DNA of 64,000 bases from contig JBHGNT010000004.1 in the NCBI GenBank assembly GCA_043228905.1, positions 17,422,001 through 17,486,000 on the forward strand, read 5' to 3'. Source of the DNA: Azolla caroliniana (taxonomy: Eukaryota > Plantae > Polypodiophyta). The stretch's first letter is position 1, and the number at the start of each line of letters is the position of its first letter. The notes beneath the pieces are model-generated. The model did not search any database. It saw only the letters and a program-made list of their open reading frames with translations, and was not told the origin of the DNA. This document shows positions 38,091 through 50,500 of this stretch, one piece after another. The position numbers were made by a program, and so were the translations under genes.

Positions 38091-39462
38091 ACAAGGTCCC
38101 TAGGATAGGAGAAAAAGTAAACGAGATGTGTGTGGAACATCAACAAGTAGCAAGCACTTTTATAATGATTACTGATAAGAATATGGTAGTGAATTATTTA
38201 CGAAGCCTTGAAGACGAAGATGTGTGAACTTGCACATTTGTTGTGCAAGTTCATATGAGGTGGGTGTCATGAAGCTCACACTTCATGAGGTAAAAGTGGT
38301 GGAATTTAAGCACCAATAACTAAGCTTAGTAATAAGGGGATCATTAGAGCATATAGTAATTACCATGTGAATCTGACATTTCAAAGATTGAGTTGTGTGG
38401 CCTCCCAAATATTTGAGCCACATTTGTAAATTCAAGGAAGGATTGTTTCTAAAAGTTAAAAAAACCATTTTTATAGCTATGAATTAATATAGGCCCTACA
38501 TGTATATTTAAGGCCATATATGTAATTTGAAGGAATGATTGTCCTAAATTTAAACATGGTCCTTTTTAGAAACTTCTTGAAACTTCTAGAGGAAATCTAG
38601 AAGCATCTCAACCACCCTAATGAGGGTGATGAGTAGCCTATAAAAGCCACTCAAGGAGAAATCAAGGAATGGAACAAATGAATGAAAGATTCAATCAATC
38701 AAGGAATGCAATGAAGAAACATGCAATTGCATTAGGGAACAAGAAAGTAAAGTGAAGAGGAAGAATAATGGTTTTGGAGAAGAAGAAGAGGATAGTGATT
38801 AGAGAGAATAAGAGGGAGAAAAGGAAACAATGCTTGCAACAAGGAAAATGAATGATGGTGACAACAAAACATGAGGAAAGGGAATATCTTATCGCAAGTG
38901 CTTTCACCTATCAAGTGACAATTGAGAGTTCATATCTCCATTCTTACATATATACATACATACATATATATATATATATTGTGAAATGCACATAAGATAT
39001 CAAAACCAGCCTAGTTAGCTTCTTACTCAATTTATAGTTCATATAGAGGTATCCATTTGGGTTGGCTTAGCTAAAAAGGGTGTGCTAAAAGGGTGGCACA
39101 AAGGACCACATGCACACCACATTTTCCCCCTGAGAGAAACAAGAGACTGAGGAGCAGGAACAAGAACAAGAACACGAGCAGTGACTTGTCAAAGGAGGGG
39201 GAGCATCTGTTGGAGATAGAGCTCCCAAGTGGCATTATCCGTGTTGGCAAGTTTCGAATGGACATCAATGGACGATTTTGGTGGGAGGCGAGGTTACGCC
39301 AATAGAGTGCTTGAAAAGGGTTGATCCATGTTGACGCTTGTATGAATGTATTGTAGGCATGGGTGACGAAAGGCAAGATTTGATCCCAGGTTTTGTGGCA
39401 TGGATCGATGTAAGCGGCAATCTCCTTCTTGAGGGTCTAGTTGAGGCGTTTGGTGAGGGCAT

Positions 39463-39866
39463 TGTCAAGACATTATCCCCTCTTTTCATTTATATTATAA
39501 GAGAGCAAGGATTACAAAGAGTAGGCTAAGGGGCTAGAAACTGGTGTTGAACTAAATGAATTGTGATTAATGAATAGACACTATTTATAGGTCCTTATGG
39601 AGTATTCTAGAATGTTCTAGAATATTTTAGATATTTAATATAATCATGGAATATCCTAGAATGTTCTAGAATATTTTAGATATTTAATATAATCATGGAA
39701 TATCCTAGAATGTTCTAGAATACTCTAAATGTCTTGTAATAACTAATAATACATTTATTATAACTATACATCATATATGTTAGTATAATGGTTAAAGGTC
39801 TAACATATAGACCAAGACGTCTTGGGCTCGAATCCTTGTAAGGCCAAAATGTATGTCGTCATGACA
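39463..39866 (-). mobile_element. 404-bp mini-derivative of the element C family
   Basis: TSD GGCAT at 39458-39462 and 39867-39871. A 10-bp TGTCAAGACA, a PPT copy (TTATCCCCTCTTTTC) and a truncated LTR matching 45868-46243. Confidence 0.9.
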
Positions 39867-39994
39867 GGCATTTGTCTAAGGATTGTATGGGGATGTAAAC
39901 ATTAGTTGGACACCGAGTTGAGCTACAACGACATTGAGGACATCCCCGTGGAACCATCAACCCTGATAGTTGGACGGGGCTAGTGACGGAAAAC

Positions 39995-40425
39995 GAGCTA
40001 GCAATCAGCAGATAAAGATCAATCGCTCTTGTGGACTGAGGGCCACTTGGACTTGGCTGAGGTGGGGGACAAGAGGGCTATCATGTACGAGCTAGCAATT
40101 GGCGGATAAAGATCAATCACACCTATGGACTGAGAGCCACCTGGACTTGGCTGAGGTGGGGGACACCAAGTCCAGGTGGGGGACAGGAGAACTATAGGCG
40201 AATAGAGATCAATCGCTCTTGTGGACTGAGGGCTACCTAAACTTGGCTGAGGTGGAGGACAAGAGGGCTATAGGTGGATAGAGATCAATCGTTCCTATGG
40301 ACTAAGGGCCACTTGGACTTGGCTGAGGTGGGGGACATGAGGGCTATAGGCGGATAGAGATCAATCGCCCCTGTGGACTGAGGGCCACCTGGACTTGGCT
40401 GAGGTGGGGGACAGGAGGGCTATCG
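39995..40425. repeat. five-copy ~76-bp GC-rich tandem repeat
   Basis: Unit GATCAATCGCTCTTGTGGACTGAGGGCCACTTGGACTTGGCTGAGGTGGGGGACAAGAGGGCTAT. Confidence 0.9.
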
Positions 40426-40910
40426 TGTTGAAGGGGGATTAGGGAAACTCGTGGGACAAGAAGTTAGTGGGCAACCTAAGGTGAGGTGGATGCTTGGACG
40501 TGGGGAACTGGTATCTTACATTTTTGGGGCGAATAAAGTGTTATTATTTAAGTGGTGTAAATTGATATAATAAAGCAATCAAAGAATTTAGTTTTCATTT
40601 CATCCTTTCAACATTTATTCCACACAATTTTGTTCATTCTCCAAATGATATTGTTTACTTCTACGATCTCCCTTTGCATAAAATCCTCGCACAATGTATG
40701 CGTGATCGCCACTTGCCATTCCCATTTGGCACCCTTCCTCGTAGAGTCTAGACCATTGTATGCCCTATTGATAATGAGTCAAATGAGAGTGGTTGTCAAG
40801 CACCCTTGAGTTGTTAACTTAGCATACTTTAACTTTATGAACTCTAATTCACCTCCCTTGAAAGGGGTAACCTCAATAAGAAGTTCACTAGTATTATCTA
40901 TGCTTAAGCA

Positions 40911-41288
40911 TTACGCATATAAACAAGTTAATAAATTACAAGTAAAAACACCAACCACACTTCAATTAAGGAGATCATCACAAGCATGTACAAGATAGAA
41001 TGATTACGGTTTGATTGAATTAACACTTAACACTAATTTCGCAAAATTATGAGAGAGAGAGAGCTATAACTTAGGTTAAAGGGACTTAGAAGCTTTACGC
41101 ATATAAACAAGTTAATAAATTACAAGTAAAAACACCAACCATACTTCAATTAAGGAGATCACCACAAGCATGTACAAGATAAAAAGATTAGGGTTTGACT
41201 CAATTATCATTTAACATTGATTTCCCAAAATTATGAGAGAGAGAGAGAGAGAGAGAGAGCTATACCTTAGTTAAAGGGACTTAGAAGA
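40911..41288. repeat. tandem duplication of ~185 bp
   Basis: TTACGCATATAAACAAGTTAATAAATTACAAG...GGGACTTAGAAG occurs twice; the (GA)n length differs between copies. Confidence 0.9.
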
Positions 41289-42759
41289 TTGGAGGATAAA
41301 AAAGAAGAACTCAAAGGCATAAAAGTGACCTTTATAGTTAAGTTATAGACACATTGTCCTCTTTCACATTGGGGTGGCTATTAAGCTTAAAAGCTAAGGA
41401 ATGAATCTCATTGTGTTGCTCCTCTTGGTTTGACACTTATTCTCAAGAAGTTTCAATTCTCTTCACTAAGTCGAAGGTGCATTGGTTTTATGTGTTCGAA
41501 TTTATTACATCTTAAGCACCTTCAATGTGTAATGAACTTAGGCTTGAGCCCTTTTAGACCCCTAAACTCCATAAACAATTCCTTATAAAGTAGTATTTTT
41601 TTAGCTTAAGGTCAAATAGAGCCCCTTTCCTTTTTTAACATAAATTTATGTTGTTTCTAGTTTAAGAACCACCCAATTTTTTGTATGGTACCAATAGCTA
41701 TTTGGCATATATTCATGTAAAAAACACGGTTCAAGAATTGTTGAATTGAACCCAAAATCCTAGAATGGTAAGCTTTGAAGAATAAAAGCCACCTACAAGT
41801 CAGGCATGATGAACCCATCATGACATCACTTCAAGGCAACAAAGCATTGAAGTAAGCTTTAGACCTAGTAGAAGAAGTAGATATCTTATGAGCCCAATTG
41901 GAGAGAGAGAATACTAGGCTTCACCTCCTAGCAACTATGAACACAACAAGAGTATTTGTGGTACTATATATCGGAGGTGAGGTTAGTATGACTAACTATG
42001 TCTATTGGTAGAAATGGAAAAACCCACAATGGTTCTTTCCAATGTGAATTTGACAAATCATGTAGGACCTTCAGATAATTTCATGATTATTCATGGTCTT
42101 CATGTATGCTAGTGTAGTTGCTCCCAACCATCTTGAGAACAAGCACACCAACCTTCATGCGTGTTACGAGCATGACCATATAATATCCCGTGGTAAGATT
42201 GTATCGTAGTATTCTATACACGTGGATAAAGTGTGAGGGTTAAATGAGAGTGTAAAGAAGGGAAGGATTACTTTTAATCCTTGGAATTGAGACAACCCAT
42301 TAAGGCCAAGTGTGGGCTTGCTTGGGGGCCTTAGGTCTGGCTATAAATATGGGGCCTAGTTACCCTCATTGGACATCTCTTGACTATGCCGAGACTCTGT
42401 CCTTGTGGTGGATCAAACTCTTGTAGTGCGCATGCCAGTACCAGGTAGGACTCGACGCCACGACAATGGTATGGGACACCGATCGAGGCTCGAGTCCGTC
42501 TCGATCCCTTCGTTCGGGGGTTGGTCGGGTGGATCGACACCCTTCTTTCTCTCTCCTCTCTTATTTTTCTATCTACTATATCATTGTCTCATGCTTACAT
42601 TAGGATCTAGCTCTAACAATGCGAATTGGCAAGATATTCTTATAACTTTGTGCAAGATAATTAATAATCATCATATAAATCTCAATTGGGAACCGTCATC
42701 TAAGAGGTTGCAAATAGGCACATCAATCTTCATGTAAATTACCTCGAAGCCATTAAACA

Positions 42760-42870
42760 ACTTCATGTTTTTAACTCCAACATTCATTGTTTATGATAAC
42801 AACTTCAAGAACTTCATGTTTTTAACTCCAACATTCATTGTTTATGATAACAACTTCAAGAACTTCATGC
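42760..42870. repeat. tandem duplication of ~51 bp
   Basis: ACTTCATGTTTTTAACTCCAACATTCATTGTTTATGATAACAACTTCAAGA x2. Confidence 0.9.
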
Positions 42871-45795
42871 AATGTTTTTTAATATAAATATCATGCTTTG
42901 GAATTCATAATTCATCGTGAACTTCATGGTTGTACCTTGAAGACTCGGGATCATTAGAAATATATGAAGATTTTGCATTCATCCTCAATACACTTGTCAC
43001 TTCCTTATCAAATGCACGTTTCATTTATATGTTTACAAGCTAATTAATTTTTTGCTTTTAAAAGTGCCTTGATTCTGAGCTTTATAAATTTATCGTGCAT
43101 TTCCACATACTTCAAAACTTAATCAATTCAATTGTGTGTACGTTAAGCACATGCTTGAAAAATGTAAGCATAAAAAGTTGTTGCCCCCCCTTCCCATTAT
43201 ATTCTTTTGTAGAGTAGATCGTTTTTTGTCATCATGATATTGTATAAAAGACAACAATCATGCCATTTCTTCTAACCAAGTCTAAGACATCATATATGTT
43301 CATATATACAAACACAACCCAAGGAAACTTATGTGGAGATCATCGTTTCATTTCTCCAATATAGATGATGACATGTTAGTTCTTCTTTGGCAATCACAAG
43401 TCATTATGCATTAAGCATTAACAAAATTATAAGAGCAATATCCTTCCATCACATGGAGGAACCCAAATAACAAGAGACGAGCATAGCGGAGGCTAAAATG
43501 AATAATGTTGTGTTAACAAAGAGAGATGTTAATACAATAGGAACACAAACATTCACCGATCATTAGCAATCTAAAGTGTGCAATTGAAAGGCCAATATAG
43601 AGAGTTTAAAAATAGATTTATAATTCCAACAATGCTCATTGTAGCTAAATGGTGACATATTATTCGTGTACTAATTATAAAAACAATAGGTTTTGTGTCT
43701 CAATATAAGACATTATACACACCATGGAACCATCAAGTTCATATATTGTGCATCAAAACCACATTTTGGGGATTTGCCTCAACCTAAAAATCATTCGCAT
43801 TTTTAGTTCAAGAATTAGGATCACATATACAAGATTATCAAAGAAACATGTTTTTCTGAATATGATGGGCTAGAGATGAAGTTTGTCTAAGTGTGGGAGG
43901 CTAGAGGTGAAGTTACTAGTTTCAAACATCAAGACTGAATTTTTTTACCCCTAGTTGTTTGTCTTCTCAAAGATGCTACGTTGCATTGTATTACATAGTA
44001 TAATTTAAATGCTATCAAGTTGGCCTTGAGACAATATCAAGTATAACATTTCTTTCCACATCTTGATTGTCTATTTCTACAAATATATTATCTAAATATA
44101 TTAAATTGTTTCCTTCATCCCAAATGCTAATTTATTTATACCTATTCACATGTAAGAATCCTCATTATAATTCCTCACTTAGGAAGCGTAAAGACAACCA
44201 ATATTTTTAAAGAGGTGATGATTTTCCCGAAGTGATTTGTCACATTTTAAGTCCACAATATGGATTCTTTCAAGAAGACATCGAGGGGATTAAATTAAGG
44301 TAAAAGTTTTCACCAATCGGCTGTATCAAATTCAAAACACTTGGTACGTTGTACCTATTCTATATAGCTCTTTCATCCATCAATATTTTAATTGTTCGCC
44401 TAACAATATGTGTCCTTCCTTAAATGGATAAGTCAGAAGCTTACTTTATTCGACCTTTGAAACCTTCTCATGGTTCACAACTTTTTGTTTCTATGTCTTC
44501 ATACATGACCACTATGATGCTCTCGAAAAAAAAAAAGTTTTAACAAGATATTGTATGATTCCTTGACTTATCTAAGTTGATCATGTACCATAAAGGGAAA
44601 AGATAGCAATAAAAACCTTGAATATAAAACTTAAATGAATTATATCCTTTTGTCACTATATGACAATGGAATACATTCAACAAATGATTTGTGGTGTCTT
44701 TGAATTTTCATAATTGTCCCTCCAATATCAATGGAGAAATACTACCTTACTTTCTAAATCAATAATCTTGCATATGCACACTTTATTGCATTTTTTTATT
44801 TGAATATAAAGGGGCATGTTAAACAATCGATGACACCAATGGAATAAGGGTAGTACAAAGGACAACTCTCTTCTTTAACGAAAAAGTGGGTTGAGTGGGG
44901 ATGATTTAACGAAAAAAACGTGAGGAATCTTTGCTCCTTCTCAAATAAACGCTTTGAAGCATCCATGGCAAACTATGGCTAACAAAAATGATGTCTTCTA
45001 TGGTGGTGGCCCTATACTTTCCACATTTACTTCATTTGAACTATTGAGATAACATCAACAAAATTCCACATTTTAAAGTTTTCGCACTCATCCATCCATT
45101 GGAAAGAGCAAACATAAGCAAGTAATTCAGTCACCTTGCAAATGCAATGTGAGATAGTTCAATGAAGTATAAGGATTATATGATGGAAACATTTTTTGTA
45201 GGAGCTTCTTCTTTTTTCCCAAAAACAAAACTCCTTCCATTAGTTATAAAATTATACAACTGAGAATATTATATACAAATCCTTGAAGGAACTTGATAGT
45301 TCCATCTTATGTGGTGGCCCACTGACTCAAGAAAGGGAGAGCATGACCATTGTTGGATGGCGGCTAATCATTGTCTTTTGGCTCCATCAAATCCATTCGT
45401 GATGCCACCGTATTGGCTACAATTTCACTCCATATCTCCTACAATAACGTCACCTGGTGCATGATTTGATTGAAGACGACATGCATACAGAGTTGTTTCC
45501 AGAGGGTCCATAGTGTTATTGGGCTGACCAATTGTAGCATGAATTGAGATTTGGCATTGCTGAGAGTTGAGTGAATATTGTCGGCAGTAGAAAACAAGAT
45601 CTCTTGTGTCTTTATCACCAACGTCATCCGAGCCTCCTCTTGATGTTCGTACCTGTCAATTGGGGCCTGCCATGATAACCAACATATATTCTCCCACTTG
45701 AATGTGCCTTTCACTTGACATAATTGCAATAGTCAGCCAACCGCTGTCGTGACTTGGGAATAGGAGAGAGAAAAATAAGATGACAGTAGAAGGTA

Positions 45796-45843
<48 letters not shown>

Positions 45844-45956
45844 ACACTAGAAATGGAAAGAGAGTCTATATTATAAGAGAGCAAGGATTACAAAGAGTAG
45901 GCTAAGAGGCTACAACCTGGTGTTGAACCGAATGAATTGTGATGAATGAATAGACA

Positions 45957-46223
45957 CCTATTTATAGGTCCTTATAGAGTATTCTAGAATGTTCTAGAAT
46001 ATTTTAGATATTTATGATATTTAATATAATCATGGAATATCCTAGAATGTTCTAGAATACTTTAGATTGTTCTGGAATACTCTAGAATGTTCTAGAATAC
46101 TCTAAATGTCTTGTAATAACTAATAATACATTTATTATAACTATACATCATATATGTTAGTATAATGGTTAAAGGTCTAACATATAGACTAAGACGTCTT
46201 GGGCTCGAATCCTTGTAAGGCCA
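45957..46223 (-). promoter_or_regulatory. element C LTR promoter: TATA + HSE array + tRNA-like A/B boxes
   Basis: CCTATAAATAGG (minus) at ~45957-45968; repeated TTCTAGAATGTTCTAGAA at 45981-46105; TAGTATAATGG...GGGCTCGAATCC...GGCCA at 46158-46223 (plus strand). Confidence 0.7.
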
Positions 46224-47562
46224 AAATGTATGTCATCATGACATTATCCCCTCTTTTCGACGACGAGTTCCACGAGTCGGAAGACAAGATTTCGGACTTG
46301 GCTTATGAGGATATTTGTTGTGAAATGCAACAACCATTTCGGAGGCATTAGCAAGATTTTCAAGAGGTTCCCATGTTCGATCATTAGGTGTATAACCTAA
46401 CCAGTCAACCAAATAATACAGTTTGTTGCGAACGATCTTGGAGTCGAGAATGGCAGCAACTTCATATTCGGAGCCATCCGAAACTTCGATTGGAGGTGGG
46501 GGAGATGTAAGACGGCCTGGAATAGAGTTGGTTGTGTACGGCTCCAAAAGTGAAACATGGAAGACCGGGTGAAGATGCACATGAGGGGGAAGATCAAGGC
46601 GAAATGCCACATCATTGATCTTACCAGATATCACATATGGGCCAAAACATTGATAATCCAATTTGCAGCAAGGTGGGTTGTTTTAATGCGACCTTGTAAA
46701 AGCCATACTCGATCCCCCACTTGAAACGTAGTCGATGAATCACGTCGATGACGGTCAACAACCTTCTTTTGAGTGTTTTGAGCATCACATAAATGGTGCA
46801 AAAGGATATCTTGAACTTCTTGGAGTCGGGTGAGCCGATCTTCAGCAGCCGGGTTTGTCGGGAGTTCGGGATGTTCAAGCATAGTCCAACGAGGATGGTA
46901 CCCAATGTTTGCAAAAAATGGGGAATATCCAACTGTAGAAGAATGTTTTGAGTTGTTGTAAGCAAATTCCGCCAAATGTAATAGATCAACCCAATCATCT
47001 TGTTGATAGTTGACAAAACAACGAAGATATTGTTCTACTGTTTGGTTGGTGCGCTCACTCTGTCCGTTAGTTTCTGGATTGTTACCGGCCGGCAAAGGAG
47101 TCCAGAGTGGGAAACAGAGAGCTAATTAAGTAGTAGGAATGTGGTTGTAATTAAGCTATGAGTGTGGACGGATGGACTGGAAACGGTATGCCGTTCCGGA
47201 TCCGGACTGATCCTGAACAGGTGCGGATGGCACCGTTTTGTAATACAGACCGGAAACCTATTTAAAGGCCCGGATACAATGTAATAGTTAGCGTTTAATT
47301 AATGAAAGCTTAAGCGTTGTTATCTCTCTGTGTTAATTGCCGTTCTGTCGTAATTGTTATATCTTACGCGTGTTATGAAAGACGATCCTAATAAGTAAAT
47401 TAAGTCGGATTAAGCGTTGAAGTCTAATCCGATTGCCGTAACACCCTTTGGTGAAGTGTCTCCCGTAGACACCCTGTGTTAGGCCATTGTCCGGCCCGAA
47501 GAGTTAACACAGTTTTTGGCGACCACGATTCTTGTTTTTGTAGCGAACGACGGCACAGATGG

Positions 47563-50500
47563 ATGTCTAGATCAACGCACGACTTGGTTACAGATCGAAC
47601 TCGACGCCTTGCCGAAAGGCAAAGGAGACGCGAGGCTTTCCAGCAAGCGGCGCAGGAAATTAGAGCGGATCACTCGTTTTCCAACGTAATCCGGAGAGTA
47701 GCGGAGGACTCCCTCTGGTTACAGCAAACATCGCACCCGGACGATGGCAGTAGCCTAAGCAGCCTCCGGGAAACCGAATCCCTTCTCCACGCGTTGGCAA
47801 ACGGAGAAGGCGAAGCAGAAGCCTTTTCAGCATATGAATCGGACTCCGAAGGGGAATACAACGTGCACACGAACTACCGTAGCAGCAACGAAACCCTGGG
47901 CGGACCGGAGGACGAAGGATCGGATACCTTACCGACACCGGAACCGGAAGTGCTAACGCTGGAACCCCCGGAACCAGCAGAGGAAGAACGACCTCCGACA
48001 CCGGAAGTTGAAGAGGAGAGGCCTCCGTCACCAAAGGAAGAGGAAAAACAACCGACGCCGGAAACAAATCGGGAAAGACCACCGACGCCGGGGAAAATTC
48101 CGGAACGAGCACCAACACTAGCAGCCCGCGCACCGATACTGGACGACGACATGCCGTTCCAGTACTCCAAGTATAGAGATGATCCGGACGCGGAAGCTAA
48201 TGTGCACGCCTTTGAACAGACATGGGAAGCCAACCATGTGTCCCAGTGATTGACCCCGGAGGAAGAAGAACGCTCTAAGATAGCGGAATTTGGCGTCACA
48301 TTGGAGGGACCGGCCGCAAGATGGCGCCGGACGCAGGACCCGGCTACCATCAACACCTTTGCAGATTTAAAAGCTAAATTCTTGCATTTTTTTCAAAAGG
48401 AGGTGGACCAGACCGTAATGGTAGGCTTATTTTATACCATCCGGCAAGAGGCAGGGGAGAGCATTCCCCAATTTGTCATCCGGTTTCAACGGATGCATAG
48501 TCAGCTTGCCCGCGCACCCCCGGAAGAGGAATTACGGACTATATTCCTAAACGCGCTCCGGGAACCCCTACGCACGGTTTGCACGGTAATCGACTTCCGC
48601 ACAAGTACCATCGACCAGGTCATTGACCGGGTGAGAGAGATGGAAAAGACAAGCTCCTGGCTCACACTGGGAGCACTTCAACGGGCGTTACCGTCCGATG
48701 AAGACCTCAGGTTTCGGCAGGCAATACAGTGCACAACCTGCTTGAATTCCGGACACTCGGCTCTAGAATGCACTATGAGGACGCAATGTGTAATCTGTCA
48801 ATCCAAGAGCCATACGACGGATAGGTGCGAGTATAATCTGTTGAACCGGCAAGCACCGCCCGTCCGACAAATTGAGCCACGCAGCAGCCGGGATGAAGAA
48901 GACGAACGTTGACGGCGAATGGACCGTGATCGACCGACACAGGATGTCTGGTATGGCGATCGACGGGAAAATGATGTCTGGTACGGCGATCGGCGGGATG
49001 ACTATGACCGGCATGATCGGTACCAGGATTACAATAGACGATACGAACATTACGACCGGGAGCACTCCCCCGGGTATCGTCAGCAACGGGAGGAATACGG
49101 CAGATATAACGGGCAACCCCGTCAAGAGTACCGTAATAAGAAGAGCTATAACAAAAAACGACATTTCAAAAAAGGCGGCTACCCCCGGGATCCGGAACAA
49201 GGGGCTCCAAGCAACCAACCGGTACAAAACCCCGCGCGTACCACAGGACCTGCCCCGGGTATAACAGACAATGCCGAATCTAGCAATACCCGGAAGGCCT
49301 ACTGCTACTACTGCCGACAGGAAGGCCATTATAGTAACCCATGCCCGGTGAAGAGCTATGAAAAACGATCGACGGTAAATATGGTAGTCCCTGAGGTGGC
49401 AGATCTGCAGCAAGTGACCACAAGGTCGAAGGGTATGGCCAAAGAATGGGAGACACAGGAGACCATCCGGAAACAAGCAACGGAATGGGTAAAGAAAGCA
49501 AACGAGCAGAATGTCACAGACTTACAGCGGCAAAAGGAGAACACCGCAGGGCTTGCCGGCGGTAATCACTCCGAGAACGAGACATGGCAGGCGTTGCAAG
49601 AATGCCAGTTACCACTAGGAAGACTCCTACAACTCGTGCCAAGATTCACGGAAGGACTAAAGACGGCCATGACGGCAGGAGAACTATCACCGGCACCGGT
49701 ACTCTTCTCGAATCCCGAGGAGGGACCAACAGTGGTGGACACCAGCAGTTCGGTAATCACTGCCATTGTAAAAGGGAAAGAACTCCCCGGCACAGTTATA
49801 GACGGAGGCTCTGGGGTGAATGTAATAAGCCTCCGGACATGTGATGACCTAGGAATCCACGAGTGGGAGCCGTGTCCGTTCTGGTTGCGGATGGCCGATA
49901 CAAGCTCAGTGCAACTGGAAGAGGTGAACCTAGGCACCACGGAGGAAGCAAAACCGGTGCACATCGCCAAGGAGATGAAATCCGAAGACAAAACGGCGAT
50001 GATCACACTTCTCACGGAATTCCGCGATGTGTTCGCCTGGTCATACGAAGATATGCGAGGACTCGACCCTCAGTTATACCAGCATCAGGTGCACTTGAGC
50101 AAGGACGCAAAACCAGTGGCACAAAGACGGTACCGGATGAATCCCAATTATGCCGCCAAAGTCAAGGAGGAAATCGACAAACTGCTAAGAGTTGGCTTTA
50201 TCCGTCCGGTAAAGAAAGCGACATGGCTGAGCCCGATCGTAGTCGTACCGAAGAAGAACGGAAAAATTCGAGTTTGCGTAGACTACCGGAAACTCAATGC
50301 GGCTACGGTAACGGATGCGTTTCCACTTCCGTTCACAGATGGAGTGTTGGATGCCGTCGCCGGCCATGAGGTCTATAGCTTCCTAGACGGATTCAGCGGG
50401 TATAATCAGATCCGGATGCACCCCGACGACCAAGAGAAAACGGCATTCGTCACCGAATGGGGGGTGTTTGTGGCCGTGGTGATGATGTTCAGACTCAAAA

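Larger units (their letters stand above)
38980..40430 (-). mobile_element. deleted gypsy copy of the same family as 1-2450, interrupted by the mini-element
   Basis: 39071-39462 and 39872-39955 are reverse-complement homologues of roughly 1310-1680 (PFVTHAYNT...). The PPT/LTR junction (CACCACATTTTCCCCCT) and an LTR fragment match 2000-2230. Confidence 0.85.

Noticed and set aside
39774-39846. Functional tRNA-Met gene
   Set aside because: Acceptor and T stems do not pair properly and the sequence is part of an LTR; reported only as tRNA-like.
39995-40425. CRISPR-like appearance of regularly spaced repeats
   Set aside because: Units are contiguous tandem copies without unique spacers; eukaryotic context and no cas genes.
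42251-42599. Possible solo LTR (TGTAA...TTACA with CTATAAAT)
   Set aside because: No TSD and no second copy in the window; cannot be supported.
44200-45200. Searched for the missing MTase C-terminal (FxGxG) exon beyond the L1 tail
   Set aside because: No recognisable motif; only faint LINE RT-like traces (GCPL) near 44850.
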